The notes beneath the pieces were generated by a model. The model was not told the DNA's origin. It searched no databases and saw nothing but the letters and a program-made list of their open reading frames with translations. The position numbers and the translations under genes are program-made. From Octopus sinensis (Eukaryota): 64,000 nucleotides of DNA. The stretch lies in the NCBI RefSeq assembly GCF_006345805.1, contig NC_043000.1:63178001-63242000 (forward strand), given 5' to 3'. Position 1 is the stretch's first letter; the number at the start of each line of letters is the position of its first letter. Below, in pieces: positions 1-14,797 of the stretch.

Positions 1-494
1 AATAAAAGAGAAAACAAAAGAAGAGCATAAGGGAGACAGAGAAAGAGAGAGAATAAGAAGAAAGCAAAATGAAATTGGTAAATATATCAATGGATGAGAA
101 ATACATCTAAACACTTCATCAATATAAGTTAACATTCCATTTACAAGCCTTAAAGGCTTACAGACAAATTCACTAAAGAATTTCTGATATTGAAACAAGA
201 TCACAATTTTTTGGTGGGAAGACGGATTACATTTGATTAAACTAACCCCCAGCACTTGACATTAGTCGGACAAAAAGCAGAGTCAACCAAATCATAAAGG
301 TTTAAGATTTTGTAGTTGCTGATGGGTAAAAATCAACTTCAGTACATTGAGTCAACAAGGGATCTGCAAATAGTAACCATATCTATTACAAATCACACCC
401 TACTCTCATGAGAAACAAGAAGGACAAATTAGATAAAGTAATACCAAAAAACACTAAGAGAGATATTTCTAGATTAAAACTATTGTAAATTGTG

Positions 495-740
495 GAAGTG
501 CATGATTTAGTGGTTGGGGTGTTGCACTCATGATAAGAAGATTGAGGTTTTGATCCCTGGACTGAGTGATTTGTTGTGTTCTTGAGCAAAACATTACATC
601 TCAAGCTGCTCCAATCTACTCAGCTGGCAAAAATGAGTAATCTTGCAACAGAGTGGCATCCTGTCCAGAGGGTGAATATATGTGTTACAGAATCTAAAAA
701 AATCAGTCATATGAGCCTATGACTCAGGAAAGACCCAATG
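495..740 (+). mobile_element. tRNA-derived SINE family B
   Basis: tRNA-like head gtggtt...gatccctgg and core ttgtgttcttgagcaa...actcagctggcaaaaatgagta. Confidence 0.8.
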
Positions 741-1267
741 TTCTTATTCTTTGCTAACTTGCTTTCAATAATGTATTTACATTAAGCATGATACACAGAT
801 GGCTTCATTGATTCCATATGGCTTCTACTGCATATAATGAATTTTTATTCAGCTGGACAGCTATTTGCAACACCACTATTTGAAACATCGATGGATGGAT
901 GGATGGAGGGAGGGATAGATAGATAGATAGATATATAGATACACACACATGTATAGGAGGGGTTAGAATCCAAGCAATGTTCTTGTGAAGCATATTTGTA
1001 CATTCCAGTAACCAAATGTATGTATACATGCAAATGTTTTATTTTAAATGAGGAAGTCATGCATATTAGTTTAAAGTCCTGGTGAATAATGATATTTGCA
1101 GAATAATTGTATATTAAAACAAAAACTGAAAAACTCAAAAATAATATTTTTGAATATTCATCTGAGGAGTCACAGAAAATGACCTCCTCCACATGTTCTT
1201 AACATGTATATAATTATCACAAATTTATTATTATTATTATCATTTTTTTATATTATTATTATAACAA

Positions 1268-1850
1268 GGTGGCAAGCTGGCATAATCATCTGTACACCGA
1301 ACAAAATGCTTTGCAGCATTTCATGTTTTTACTTTCTGAGTTCAAATTCCGCCAAGGTTGACTTTGCCTTTCATCTTTTTGGGGTTGATGAAGTAAGTAC
1401 CAGTTGAAAACTGGAGTCAATGTAATCAACTAGTCCCCTCCCGCAAAATTCCAGGCCTTGTGCCTTTAGTACAAAGGATTATTACTGGTATTAATAAAAT
1501 ATATGAAATTTTCTGGGGTTTTTTCTAATACATACATGTATGTATTTATATATGCAACAATCGTGTGTGTGTGTGTGTTTGTGTGCGCACGCATGTATTT
1601 ATTATATCAAATGAGGAGAGAGTTATGAGCTGGCAGAATCAATGGCACACTGGGCAAAATGCTTAGTGGCATATTGTTTATTTTTATGTTCTGAGTTCAA
1701 ATTCCGCTGAGGTCAACAGTGCTTTTCATCCTTTTGCAGTCAATGAAGTAAGTGCCAGTCAGCACTGGAATCAATGTAATCAACTTACCCACTAACCCAA
1801 AGTTGCAGGCCTTGAGCCAAAATTTGAAACCATATTTATTAATATTAATT
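1268..1850 (+). mobile_element. Two tandem SINE family C copies (1268-1490 and 1628-1850)
   Basis: Both contain gctggca...ttctgagttcaaattccgc...gcttttcatccttt-like...aagtaagt(a/g)ccagt. Confidence 0.85.
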
Positions 1851-2362
1851 ATAATAATATTATCATTATATTCATAATGTATTTCCTGTATTATAACAAA
1901 ACACATGAAATTAAAAATATAAGCAATTTTCCATTTTTTTTTCTAATATATACATGTATGTATTTATAAATACAACAATCATGGGTATGTGTATGTGTTT
2001 GTGTGTTTGTGCATGCGTGCATGTTTTGCACACATGTGTGTGCTTATTATATCAAATGAGGAGAGAGTGATGTTCAGTGTTGGGCTGTTCATGGCACTCA
2101 TGAGAAGACCTACCCAAAGAAGCATCAAACAAATTTTCATAATAAATATATCTAGCCACTCTATACAATGTCCAAAGTATTGAGTAATATTTGCATTGCA
2201 CAAAATACAGTTTTAATGTACTTAGAAACTTCAAGCCATGCCAGCAAGGAAAACGGACATTAAATGATGATGATGACACACACACACACACACACACACA
2301 TACCCATATATATATATCTATAGGTATATAATTACACACAATCATACTCATATATATATATA

Positions 2363-2662
2363 CAGGGATTCCCCGACTTGCGCGAGTTCAACTTGCACAA
2401 AATTTGACTTGCGCGAGCCAGCTTTTGATACCGAGTGTTCAGGTTGCACGAGTTGTATTCTCGACTTGCGCTTGTTGTAAAAATATTTATTATTCATGGT
2501 TGCATTGCCTTGTCTGTTATCTTGTTATCTATCCATCATTTCAAGTATACATAAAGTAAAAATAATTGTGTTTGAGTAATTGATAACAATATCTGGTACT
2601 CGACTTGCACGAATTTCGAATTGCGCGTCCTCCAATTACTCACACAAGTCGAGGAATCCCTG
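2363..2662. mobile_element. 300-bp pogo/Tigger-like MITE
   Basis: TA|cagggattccccgacttgcgcgag ... ctcacacaagtcgaggaatccctg|TA, with repeated internal (cg)acttgc(g/a)c motifs. Confidence 0.85.
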
Positions 2663-3304
2663 TATATATATATGTATCTATTAATATGAAAGAAGAGCAT
2701 TGAAATCTGTTTAAGCATTGTGATATAGAAGCATTATTTGTTATATACTTGTAGAAATTTATATTTACACATACATACAAACACATGCATGTACAGAAAC
2801 ACACACACATTTACGCATGTACAAAAACACACACTCATGCTTGCATACATGTACATACACATACTGATATATATACAATGTACACAGTAAACACAATATA
2901 ACAGAGTACATATGACTCTCCATATTAGAATAGTTAATCAATTTTATCTACAGACGATTTTTATAGAAGCTTAAACTATCAGGTAAAATGAAAATGAATA
3001 ATCTTAGCTCTCAAATCATATGCAATAAATAAACAAATAACCAAAGATTTAGGACTGTAAACATAGTAACTTATACATATTAAGGTAAAATTTCACAAAC
3101 TGACCTGACCACCTCCTGGCAAGTAAAGGTTTACAGGAATTGTAAACTTTCCCATTGAAAACCATTGCAAACTATGAATGATGATGAACAAGATGCAAGC
3201 TTATTGAAATCTCATATTAATCTCAGAAGCTATTAACCTTGGATTACTTCATTCATTAGAGTAATAATCAATTTGTCATTATCAACCTTATACCATAGAA
3301 ATAC

Positions 3305-3523
3305 TCATTTACTTGTTTTAGACATTTGACTGCGGCCATGCTGGAGCACCACCTTTAGTCGAGAGCAAATCGACCCCAGGACTTATTCTTTGTAAGCCTA
3401 GTACTTATTTTATTGGTCTCTTTTGCCGAACTGCTAAGTTACGGGGACGTAAACACACCAGCATCGGTTGTCAAGCGATGTTGGGGGACAAACACAGACA
3501 TACAAACATATACACACACATAC

Positions 3524-3570
<47 letters not shown>

Positions 3571-3742
3571 CATATATACGACAGGCTTCTTTCAGTTTCC
3601 ATCAACCAAATCCACTCACAAGGCTTTAGTAGGCCCAAGGCTATAGTAAAAGACATTTGCTCAAGGTGCCATGCAGTGAGACTGAACCCGGAACCATGTG
3701 GTTCGTAAGCAAGCTACTTACCACACAGCCACTCCTACGCCT
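3305..3742 (-). mobile_element. tRNA-derived SINE family A, full length
   Basis: Reverse complement of head ggcgtaggagtggctgtgtggtaagtagcttgct, internal (TA)n/(CA)n, tail cagtcaaatg. Confidence 0.92.
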
Positions 3743-5214
3743 ACTAGACTTCATTATATATAAAAATTAAATTGATTTTAATATAGTTTTTATAAAATAC
3801 TGGGCCTGAGGTGAAGAAAGTAGTAGGATATAAAACAGTTTGAGTATATTGCAGTGACATTTAGGACACGTTTCAAAACATTATTTACAACCACCTAACT
3901 GAATAAGTGTTGAAGAAGCCAAAAGATGTTTTGTATGTTCGCTAATCTGAGTATTTATATCAAGTAATATCATGACAGGCTATATAACAGAATTAATTTT
4001 AACCATAAATCATCCACAGCATAGAGCAATTATCAAATATTTATATATTTGCATTAATATATTACTGTCTCTAAACTATTATTTCTAATAATTATGCAGT
4101 AGCAATTATAAAGACAGTAAGACTATACTTAATTTGGTGTCTAGCCCGCTCCTCCCAGCACCAATGAAATACAAGCTAATAACATACAGAAGATAGTTCA
4201 ACCATATTTATTAACGCTTTTGATACAAACCAACCTGAAAACCTTGCTGGTTCTAACACAAAAATTCCTCATTTTTAACAAGCCCATATTTAAATTAAAA
4301 CTTCTCAATATAATTTCATGCCAAGTCCTTTTGGTGAGTTATAATCAACCACCAGGTTAACAATAACAGAGTTAGTTTTATTTCTAAATCCTTTGAAATT
4401 GTTGATTATTTTTCAAAATTCATTAAACTTTTCAGCAATATACAAGAAATATAACCACAAAAGTATTAAGCATCACAACAAAAACTGGTTTCCAGCAAAG
4501 GGAAAAAGTATAACTATAGCTATCATTTAACAACCTAACAAATGGAACAATTGTTCAAATGGAATGGTAGGTAAGAGTGATAAATGATGGTGGTGATGAT
4601 GATAATAGCTTCAGAGGTAGGTAGTGTAAGAAGTAATGGCATTGGTGGTGTTGATAGCAGTGGTTGTGCTTAGGATTTTGTTATTGGGCAGTTCAAGGCA
4701 AACTTTCTTCCACTATGTTAACATTTTTTATACAGAAATCTGATAAATCCACTAAAACTTTATTACCCTTAACTGCATTAAGCAGTTTTATATCTTTTGT
4801 TAAGAAATGTCAGGTTTAAACCTATTTTTCATTGAGATATGTATGTCAAGTTTATAGAGGCAACGTGATTTGCAAAAAAAAAAAAAAATTCAAATACCAA
4901 TGGTATCTTTTGTAGACATTTAACATCATTACTGGAATAACCATGAAATTTAATTTCACAGTCAGAAGCTTAATGGCACTGACATAGTGAATCTAAAACT
5001 TAGTTGCTTGATATACTAGCTACTGATAGCTGTCATTATTGTGAGGAAATCTTTTGTATGCTTTAGGATTTACATACAAAATTTCCACTTTCAAGAAATA
5101 AAAATCTGCTAAGAGAAATAAGATTTTGTCATTTAACCCCATGTCAGCTCTGAAATCAGGAAGAACTATAATCAAAAGATATTCCAGCCATGATCAGTAA
5201 GTCTTTTTAAGGAT

Positions 5215-5545
5215 ATCTAAAGGGTAAAGATCACTTTCGGTCATGAATGACCATGGGATTGCACCTAGAAAGTTCCCCCCAAGACACAAGCCCAAGCAAG
5301 GTTGTTTATGGAAGATCAGTAGTTACCCATGCATACCAGCCTCCTCTCTCCATGCCATCGATGCTATCCAAGGGAAACGCAAATTCCGACACAGCTTGGC
5401 ATCAGTGACATCGCAACTCATTTCTAAAGCTGAGTGAACTGGAGCAACATGAAATAAAGTGTCTTGCTCAAAAGCACAACACACAGCACAGTTAGGGATC
5501 AAACTCACTGCCTCATGATTGTGAGCCCAATGTTCTAATCCCTAA
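5215..5545 (-). mobile_element. SINE family B
   Basis: Reverse complement of 61670-62000. Confidence 0.85.
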
Positions 5546-6219
5546 GAAAAGATTATATTATCTCATGTATTCTTCCACCTTTTTAGAAAACTGAAGAAAA
5601 CTGGAGATCTGGCAGCTATTTCGGGCAAGCAAAGCAATCATGTAGGCATTCCTTTGGTGGCTCAAGAGAAATCAATGGAAGCAATATTGATGAGAGTGGA
5701 GATGCTGGCAGAAGAGAAAATGACAGAAGAGAGATTAAAGTTCTATTCAACTTGACTCTTTCCAAATGTAACTGTTCAGTTGCATTATAAAAAAAAAAAA
5801 AAACTGCAGTGTTTTACAACTAACTTGTAGCCTCAAGATTAGAAACAGTCACTTGCAAGCATTGCTACTGCACTGGCACACAAGTTTAACTCAATCCTAA
5901 ATCACATGAAACTGCACAGATATTTAATGCTCTTGATGAAGATTATAACAAAGAGAATTAACCTCACTAAAATTACACTGAACTTTACTAGACATCTTAG
6001 ATCTGTTAAATAGAGATGCATAACTGGAAAAACATAATATCCTCATACACATACAAATTTATGTGCATGTGTATGGTGTGTGCATGTGCTTGTTTATCTC
6101 CAAGTCAATAAATAAGACGTATAACCAGTATTTATGGTGGTAACAGCAGTAGTTGCAGCTGAAGTTTTGTTATGCAGTCCAAGTCAATTCTTTTCAAGTA
6201 AGTTAATGGCACTGATATC

Positions 6220-7070
6220 ATCATCATCATTATTTAACATCCATTTTCCATGCTGGAATGGGCTGGACAGTTTGACATAATCCAACACGATACAAGACTG
6301 CACTGAGTTTCAATCTCAGCTTTAGCATGGTCTCTATGGGTGGATACCCTTCCTAACACCAATCACTTTATGGGGTGTACTGGGTGCTTTTTCATGGTAC
6401 CAGCACTAGTAGGTCACCAAGTAATTTGCAAGACAAGAGAAATGGAGGAAAAGGGACACCTTACTGAGAGGGTGCACTGAGAAAGGGGAAGGTGGCTTTA
6501 TGCAAAGTGTTGAGAGAGTAAACTGTGACAGAGGGACAGAATATGTCCTGTGACAGAGGAGATACATGGGTAACCCATGATATAAAAGGGTGGGTTGAAG
6601 TAGCTGGATAGAAGATAGACATGATGATGCCAAGAGTCAGAACAGTTCAAGGTACAAGAAGATGGTTATAAAAGAGAAAGTAGACAGCAGATTGCAGGGA
6701 AGGAGAAAGGATGAATCTTGAAAGAGCCTCAGAGGAGAGTAACAGATGATTAGTGATTGGGGTAGAGGTGTAATTGATGGGAAATATCAGTATGAGAAAA
6801 TAAGGATGGGAAAGTAAGGTCAAATGAGAAAGCAAGGGTAGATGAGAAAGTAAAGATAGTATGCAAGCTGATGTAAAGTGACAGAGATGGAAGTCGAGGT
6901 ACATAAGGGTGGCTATAGAGAGTGGGACAACAACAACAGGTGGTAAGCACCAATGGTTAATATAAAAGAGCAAATATAAGAGATAGCAAATATGAGAGGT
7001 GTTAGAAACAAGGTATGGCAAATTAAAGATGTAGCTCAGAGGAAAGACAACTAAAGGCACAGAAAGGTGA
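6220..7070 (-). mobile_element. Family D variant followed by a long purine-rich (+ strand) extension
   Basis: (cat)n tail and ggatacccttcctaacaccaatcac; the junction ggtcaccaagtaatttgcaagac resembles rc of 49990-50010. Confidence 0.6.
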
Positions 7071-8649
7071 TATGTGAAAAATTGTGCAGGATGAATAGCA
7101 AATCAAAACTTGATATACTTGTAGAGTATAATGACTTGTAGAGCTGTCATTATTGTGAAAGAAACCTTTTGTAAGATTTATTCTTACCTAGTGACAACTG
7201 AGCCTACCTTGCAATAACTACTGTTATTTTCCTTGGAAATTTCACAAAGAGTTTCAATTGTATCTTCTAAAGCTCTTCAGCTTAAACTTTATGTAAGTTT
7301 GAAAGCTGCATGCACTACTTTCAGTGTGGTTAGATGATTGATTTTTGTGCTTCATAAACATCTTATTGTGTTAAGTGTGTCACAATGGTAACAACTGCCA
7401 AAGGGACAGATAAATTAATAATGTACAGCAATGCTTAATTTTCTAGCTGGAAAATTTGATATTGGGTGTAGATGGGAGGTTACTCTATAACCTGTTCTAA
7501 TGTTAAATGGTATTTTCCATTCAGAAAATTTTCATTTTACCCTGTGTGAAAAGGCTTAAAGGTTTCTGTAATTGTAGAAATCTACATATATTTGGAAGCA
7601 TTTGCAGACCAGCAATATTCTTTATAGGACTAAATATTTGAGTGAGGACTGATACTTAATGAAAATCTGTACATTTATTTTAAAGAAACATCTTTCGCAA
7701 ATGATAAATTTCATTGAAATAGTTTAATGTAAATAATTTAGTTAATTATAATTTTCTACAAAATATAGGAATGAATATTTGATTTACATTCTCAAATTAG
7801 CCTACAGCAAGCAAGCTTTCATTAATAAATGTATATAAAATCAAACTATCTCCCTCCCTCTCACTCTCCGTGAAAGAACTATTTATGAGAAGTAAGTTTA
7901 TTTATAATGTAATTATTATATTTTTATGCATTCCTGTTTATGATTTTTAAATTCAATATTAAAAAAAAATATTGAACAAAAACACAAAGAATAAGGTTAA
8001 AAATATTTGCATGTTTCAAAATAGAGAGCTAATTAAAAACATATGTAGTTACATTAAATAATTATTGCCTAATTAATTTTAAAATGATAGAACATGAATA
8101 TATTTTCTTAAAGAGATAAGACTCATAAACTGTAGAGAGAAGAAAATTAAATCAAAACCGAATGCCAGCAACAAGTAGATGATGGACTGCTAATGAGGAC
8201 TGGCTGAAGAAGTATCACAAAATAGATATAGAGGATTTATAGCATGTAAAATAGTATAGGAAAATAGTCTGAAACAAGTATAGGCTCATAGGATTAACAA
8301 AGTTAATAAAATATAGATCCTCTAACAGAACTTCCAGTGAATACAAGCAACTTACATTGAAACCAAAATAGCATAAGTAATTATTTTGTCATTTTAAATA
8401 TGAAGCCTACTTTAAAAGGATTTTTTGGAGGAATTCATACATTGTAGGACATGTTCCTGGCATAACAAATTATATGGACAGAAAAATCATTACACAGAAC
8501 TCTTTTTTTGTGCAGCATGATTGCAACCTTCTCATTACTCACAAAATGTTTAAATGTTCAATAAGCATGATTTCTGTTCACTTGTGACACAAAAAGCTGG
8601 TTCATTACCAGCACCAATTACAAAACCCAATTATTATTATAAGACCTAC

Positions 8650-8880
8650 ATCATCATTGTTTCATATCCTCTTTCCATGCTGGCAAGGGTTGAACAGTTT
8701 GACATGGAGCTGGCTAGCAGGGAGCTGTCTGTCCAGACTCCAACTGCTTGTTGTGGCATGGTTTCTATGGCTGGATGCCCTTCTTAATGAGTGTGCTGGA
8801 TGCATTTTACATGCTACCGGCATGAGTGCATATGCATAGCACCAGCATGGTTGCTTTTTAAGTGGCACTGGTACCTAAAA
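8650..8880 (-). mobile_element. Family D copy
   Basis: catcatcattgttt...ttccatgctggcaagggttg...ggctggatgcccttc. Confidence 0.75.
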
Positions 8881-10309
8881 GCTTTATGGGTGGAAGACAG
8901 TGATTTTACTTAGTTTGATGCGTCTTACAGCAATTACAGCAAATCCCCACATCTGGTCCCTTGCCATTTTCATCTAATGATCCTTTCTCATCACTTCATC
9001 CTACATCTTCCCGAGTCTACCCCTTCCACAGGTACCTTCCACAATTAGAGATCAGCACTTCTTTATGCATTATTATAGCTAAATCTGATTTTTGTTTTTT
9101 TTTTTAGATTAAGAAAAAAGACTACTGGGGATTGTATGTAATTTTTATCAAATTCTCTGTCACAAATCTACTTTTCTACAATATTGTAGATAATTTCACA
9201 ATATCTTTTGTTTCTTAGATACTTCAATTCATCAGTTAAGTAAATACACAATCCTGATTTGAAATAGTCTTATTCCTTCCAAGTTACTATCCTGTCTAGA
9301 TATTAAAGAAAACTCTCAACAAGTATAAATTATGATCTGACTGTCAGTTGAGGCTCAACTTTAAACTCTAACAAACTATTTGTTTTAACATGAAAATGAT
9401 TAATGCAGTGTAACGACAAGAAGAGATCGCTTGGCCAAAAGTTGGCATAATCACTGAGATGAGCAGGAAAGTTTCCAAAGTAGGAACAGAAAGAATTAAA
9501 AGTAAAACACCAAATGAAATAATACTTGCCTTTAGATTAGGCAAAATAAATAAATAAATAAATAAGATGCTTCAAATAATTCTAGGCACTTAGGATAAAA
9601 GAAGGTGAACATAAAGGATAGAAATCAGGTTTTTGGAAATCAGAATATCTAATAAGATAAAATAAGACTTTATTGATTGGATAGGAAATTAGAAAATGAA
9701 AGACATTCAAATTAGTTATTAAGGAAGACTAACACAGCAATTACTTCAAGAATTTGGCAAACACTGAATGAACTGAATATTGTGAATTCATGCAGCTAGA
9801 AGAGGAATGTGAAAGAGTAAATGTACGCAATAAAATACTATTTTTTCCTTTTTTATCTTTGAACATAATTCATAAAGTAAAATATATATCTCTCTTGAAA
9901 TGATTGATGTAACTCTGAACATTTCTTTCTTCTAACATTTTTGCTAATAGAACTTCTCTTTGCTAATTGTTCATAACCCCTTCGTTTAAAATAGTTATCA
10001 TATTTACAGAAAATCAACATTCCAGTGCTTAAGATGCTAGACATTTGATCAAAACCCAATTGATTCAAATGTTGGTTCAATCACTATATTCTCAGTTTCC
10101 ATAACATCACTTAGTTTATATTCATATGAAAGTGGTGTTAATATCATTTCATGAAATTATGACTGAGACATGAAGTTTCAGTTAACAAAATATAATCTTC
10201 CATTAACATAATTATATAATTAAATTTTCAGATTCATTGACTCCATGTTAACAGAAAAGTGAAATAGAAAATATGTTGGTAAAAATGTTTTGGTTTGCTC
10301 TCCATTCAT

Positions 10310-10610
10310 CTATCTTCCCTGCCCACTATTTCTGGGTGGGTTGTGTGATGGAAAGACCTTAGGCACCACCTCTACATGTCCTATAAAGATCAACAACCAT
10401 TAGACTTTCTGGCTGGATTCCCAAGCATGATCAACTGAGATTATGGATATTATCTACCCATCATATTCTTGATCTACCGCAAGGTATCCTGCTAGTTGGC
10501 TTGGCTTGAAGGATTCAGCTTCCAATTTTTTGTGTACTACCAGAGCTTTGACCTTTCAATGCAGAGAAATAACAACATGACCTGGAGAGACATACTGACC
10601 TCAAAAATAG
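10310..10610 (-). mobile_element. Decayed Rex3-type RTE LINE 3' end
   Basis: CGRSRI*WVDNI followed by LGIQP-like residues on the minus strand. Confidence 0.5.
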
Positions 10611-13600
10611 ACACAATGGCGAGTAACATTAATAGATAAAAAATTAATAGATTAACAATGAAAAACATTCATATCAAAAGCTTCTCTTGCTTGAATTCCA
10701 GCTAAATTATAAAAAATAAAGAATCACATTTTATCATCAAAGACAAACAATTCACAGAGTCTATAAATCTACCATAAATAAATAGGACATAAATAAATAT
10801 TCTGAGTCCTTTGGCTTTACATAGACTCAGTACAGAACCACCTCATTTGCAGTGAGATAACATGTAATCTTTGCATATCAGGATACATGGTGCAGTTCCT
10901 GCAACAGATGGTCCATCTAACATCTGCAATTTCACAGCAGTGCTAGTCACAATATATACATTTATTCACAATTCCTAATGGAATATGTTTAATTAAACAT
11001 TTATTGCAAATTCTCGACAGGTACAAAATGTATATCAATTAACATTTTAGCAGTCATACAAAAAGTACATATATATACACATACATATATACATATATAT
11101 ACACACATATATATATATACATAGATACACACACACACACACATATATATATTGATTGCATATAGTTAAGATTTAGAATAAAAATATGCATGCAATCATC
11201 TGATTTGATTGGTTTAACAATAAACCAAAATGCAACAGACATTACTCAAAAATGCACAAAATGAAGATTATAAAGAAAGTATAATTAAAAATTTGATAAT
11301 TTATTTACCGCAATCAACATGTCAGCATGTCTCATTCTATATTAATATTATCAAAATTAAATTCCCATTGAACCAAATAAACAGATGCATTGGTATATCA
11401 AAGAAGAAAAAAAACTACACAACTAAAATGCTACAGCAAATATGCTTTTTATTTTTAGCAGGAGAATTAATAAGCTTGACTCAAACAAGAGCTCAACTGT
11501 GACAACATTACTGTAATAGAAAGTTAACTCATGGGAGAATAAGAAGAATTATTGTGAGTAATATTATTATTACTGTTTTATCCTTCAGTTTTAATAATAC
11601 TGGCAAAGACAGGGCAGATATTCAGTATAACACTATTTTCTGCAATACAACACCATAATTTAGTGAGGTCAGGTCCAGTTATTTTGCTAAAGATCTCTTT
11701 ATTGCATTCTATATCTTCTTTGCCCTACCTTTATTATAGGTACTTTACACATCTGTTTAACTTTTCTTCCAGTATGTAAAATTACACCAGTGCTGTTATT
11801 TCTTCTACTCACATTTGGTTGAAGTCACTAATGCTCATTTCTTTCACAACATACCTTCTCTAAATACTTCCCATCAATTAAGAGCCACACTCACCTTAAC
11901 CATTTCCAATCATTGCAGATTTTCTATATTCCTTGTTCGTGTTTCACTTTCATCGTACATTATACTTTTGAGACAGAATTTTTAAGCAACAATCATAGAA
12001 AGTTTGAAAAATTAAATATGTTGAAATATAAGTATAGATCATCATCTTCGATTAATATCACCCTTTTATTCCCCACTAGTCATATATGATAGACAGACAA
12101 CTCAGCAATACAAATGAGTCAACTCCTGTTTAAGGCCCAATATTCTTATAACCAAGTGATAAATAAGCAGTAATGGTGCACGGATTATAGGCTAGCCTTG
12201 TCCCATTCTGTATTATGCTGAATATCCCTGAGAACTACATTAAGGGTAGGCATGCCTGTGGAGTGCTCATTAATTGCACATTAATTTCACCAGCAAGCTG
12301 TTCCATTAATCGGATCAACTGGAACCCTTGTCAAGATAACTGACACAAGGCCAGTTAAGCATATATATGATTTTTAAATCTTAGACACACTCAAGCTCAA
12401 TCATAAATATAAATGAAAGTTCCTATCTCCTTTCAAGTAATCTGTATTTTGAGTGTAGTCATAGCAAATAAGAGGTTTTCATAATTCTAAAAGCAATAAA
12501 GTTTGGATTTAAAAATTCACAACTACATCATAGAAAAGCCATTTAGCTAACTAAACACAAACACACACACAAACTGTTAAATTCACTATTCATTTATTTC
12601 ATAAGGTGCCAATTTTTATCATACCACAGTTCCAATGCAAAAATTTTAACAGCTCAACAAATAAATGAAAAGTGAATTAAACAGCATTTTTGTTTCTGTG
12701 CTTTTAGAAAGCTAAAATGGCTCCTCCATGATGTAACTGCTTTAGTTTCAAATAGAGTCTCAGAGCAAATAACTGGATAAGTACAACTTCCTAAAAGTAC
12801 ATCCCTTGAAAATTAATCAAAACTTTCTGTTGAACAATGATGACAATTTAAAAGACAGCTACCGTATCCTCCCTCCTCCTCCTCCTCCTCATCATCATCA
12901 TCATCACCTTCATCACCATCAGTAGCAACAGTATTACAGGCAACTTCCTCATTTTATTAAATGTTTAATGACCACTTTCCCATAGTGATGTAAGTTAACC
13001 AGGTCTGAACTACAATATTTTTTCATGCCTCTTAATTATTTAACATCTCTACAGTGAGCCCCAACATCCTGAGGCCCAATCTAACTAACTCATCCTAAGT
13101 GTCATCAACAATGCTTCAAGTATTCTTCTACTACAGTCTCACGACATATTTTTCACTTGCCACATACCATTCACTCTGATCAACAACAGAACAGTCTTTC
13201 TTTTGCAAACATCACTTTATATATAAAATATTTTCTTGTAATCTTAGAATAGTTTGGAAGTTATAATTTCAATGTTATTGTTATACATTTAACACTGTTT
13301 ATAGCAGACACATATATGCAACTCTTATCAATAGCTATGAAACCCCAGTGGCACATAAACGCATCACTCACAGACAACCATAAAATCTCAGCACTGTTTG
13401 TATGTGATCTCATCACTATATTGTGAAATCCAAGAGATGCTTATGTGTCTTTTCACTATCCATGTAGGATTGATTTCATATCTATGGATTAGAGATGCTT
13501 TTATGCATCTGCAGTATGGATACTGTTAAATTAAATTATATTTTATTGATGGAAAGATAAATTGATGTATGTAAGCATGAAGTTGAGTTCAGTCTCACTG

Positions 13601-13699
13601 GACAATACCTTGAGTAAGTATCTTTACAGTAGCCTCTCAGAGTGTCCAATATCTTGTGAGTGAAATTCATTTGGTTGAAAAGAGCTTTGAGAAATGTAT

Positions 13700-14030
13700 C
13701 TTTTATCTTTTATTTGTTTCAATCATTAGACTGTGACCATGCTGGAGCACAGCCTTGAAGAATTTTTAGTTGAATGAACTGACCCCAGTACTTATTTTTT
13801 TAAGCCAGGTACTTATTCTGTCAGTTTCTTTTACCAAACCACTAAGTTGCAGGGACAAAAGCACACCAACACCAGTTGTCAAGCAGTAGTGTGAGACAAA
13901 CCCAGACACAAAGACACAACATAAACACACATAATGGGCTTCTTTCAGTTTCCATCTACCAAATCCACTCACAAGACTTTGGTCAGCCCAAGATGCTGCA
14001 CAGTGAGACTGAACCCAGAACCAGTTCACA
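13700..14030 (-). mobile_element. SINE family A (5' part missing)
   Basis: Homologous to 3305-3700. Confidence 0.85.
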
Positions 14031-14797
14031 GCATCCTGCAACTCTTGCGTCTTCTTTTGCTACCATGTCTGTTTCATTTGCCTTAATTGGAAATGGCATG
14101 TAATTCTGGCCTTTTTAAACTTGTTGGCCAAAGAGAAGTTGTTTCAGAATTCTGATAGCACTCATACGTAACCCTGTGATGGACTAGACTTTCAATTGAG
14201 GGAATGTTGGTCTGCTTGCCTATCCAGCAGGTTGGCATCATTTGAAAGATAAAATGATGAAAACCACATTGTGACTGGCAACATATAAAAACATCTGATA
14301 CTCTGGTTGAACCAGTGGGAAACATAAGCAACTATACTATTGTTCATAAAATCTAGGATATGAAATTAAATAAGGTTAATTTCATAAGAGAATAGAATAG
14401 TCAATTGAATTTACCACAGTGTATTATTTGTACATGTCATTGATACCAGATGAAAGAAAAGAAAAGAAAAACCTGGATATAAACTCAAAATGTAGAAATA
14501 GAAACTAAATATTGTAGTGTAGTATTTAATCCTCCTACACTGTATTATGTCTGCCAAATTGCCATCAAATCACATCCAACAGTCTTATTTGAAGTAGAAT
14601 ACATTTGAAAAAGTAATGCTAAGTACACTATATGAAAAAGAAAATACAGGGATGGTCACAGCTAGAACGTCTTTGTTCAGAGGTCTCTTCAATGAAGGGA
14701 GGCCTAGGATTGAGTAACAATACATGGGCTAATGTTTGCAAAGCAGAGTATATATGAAGCCTGTGCAAAAAGAAAGAAGAGTGAAGAAGTGTACATA

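Noticed and set aside
5587-5790. Plus-strand acceptor followed by two open frames
   Set aside because: It overlaps a recurrent repeat motif (ggagatctggcagctatttc, also near 63345) and has no donor or homology.
14648-14760. Minus-strand exon-like segment with a strong acceptor, open in phase 2 (LHIYSALQTLAHVLLLNPRPPF...)
   Set aside because: Weak donor and no SLC4 similarity; the pyrimidine tract is explained by purine-rich sequence next to the mariner TIR.
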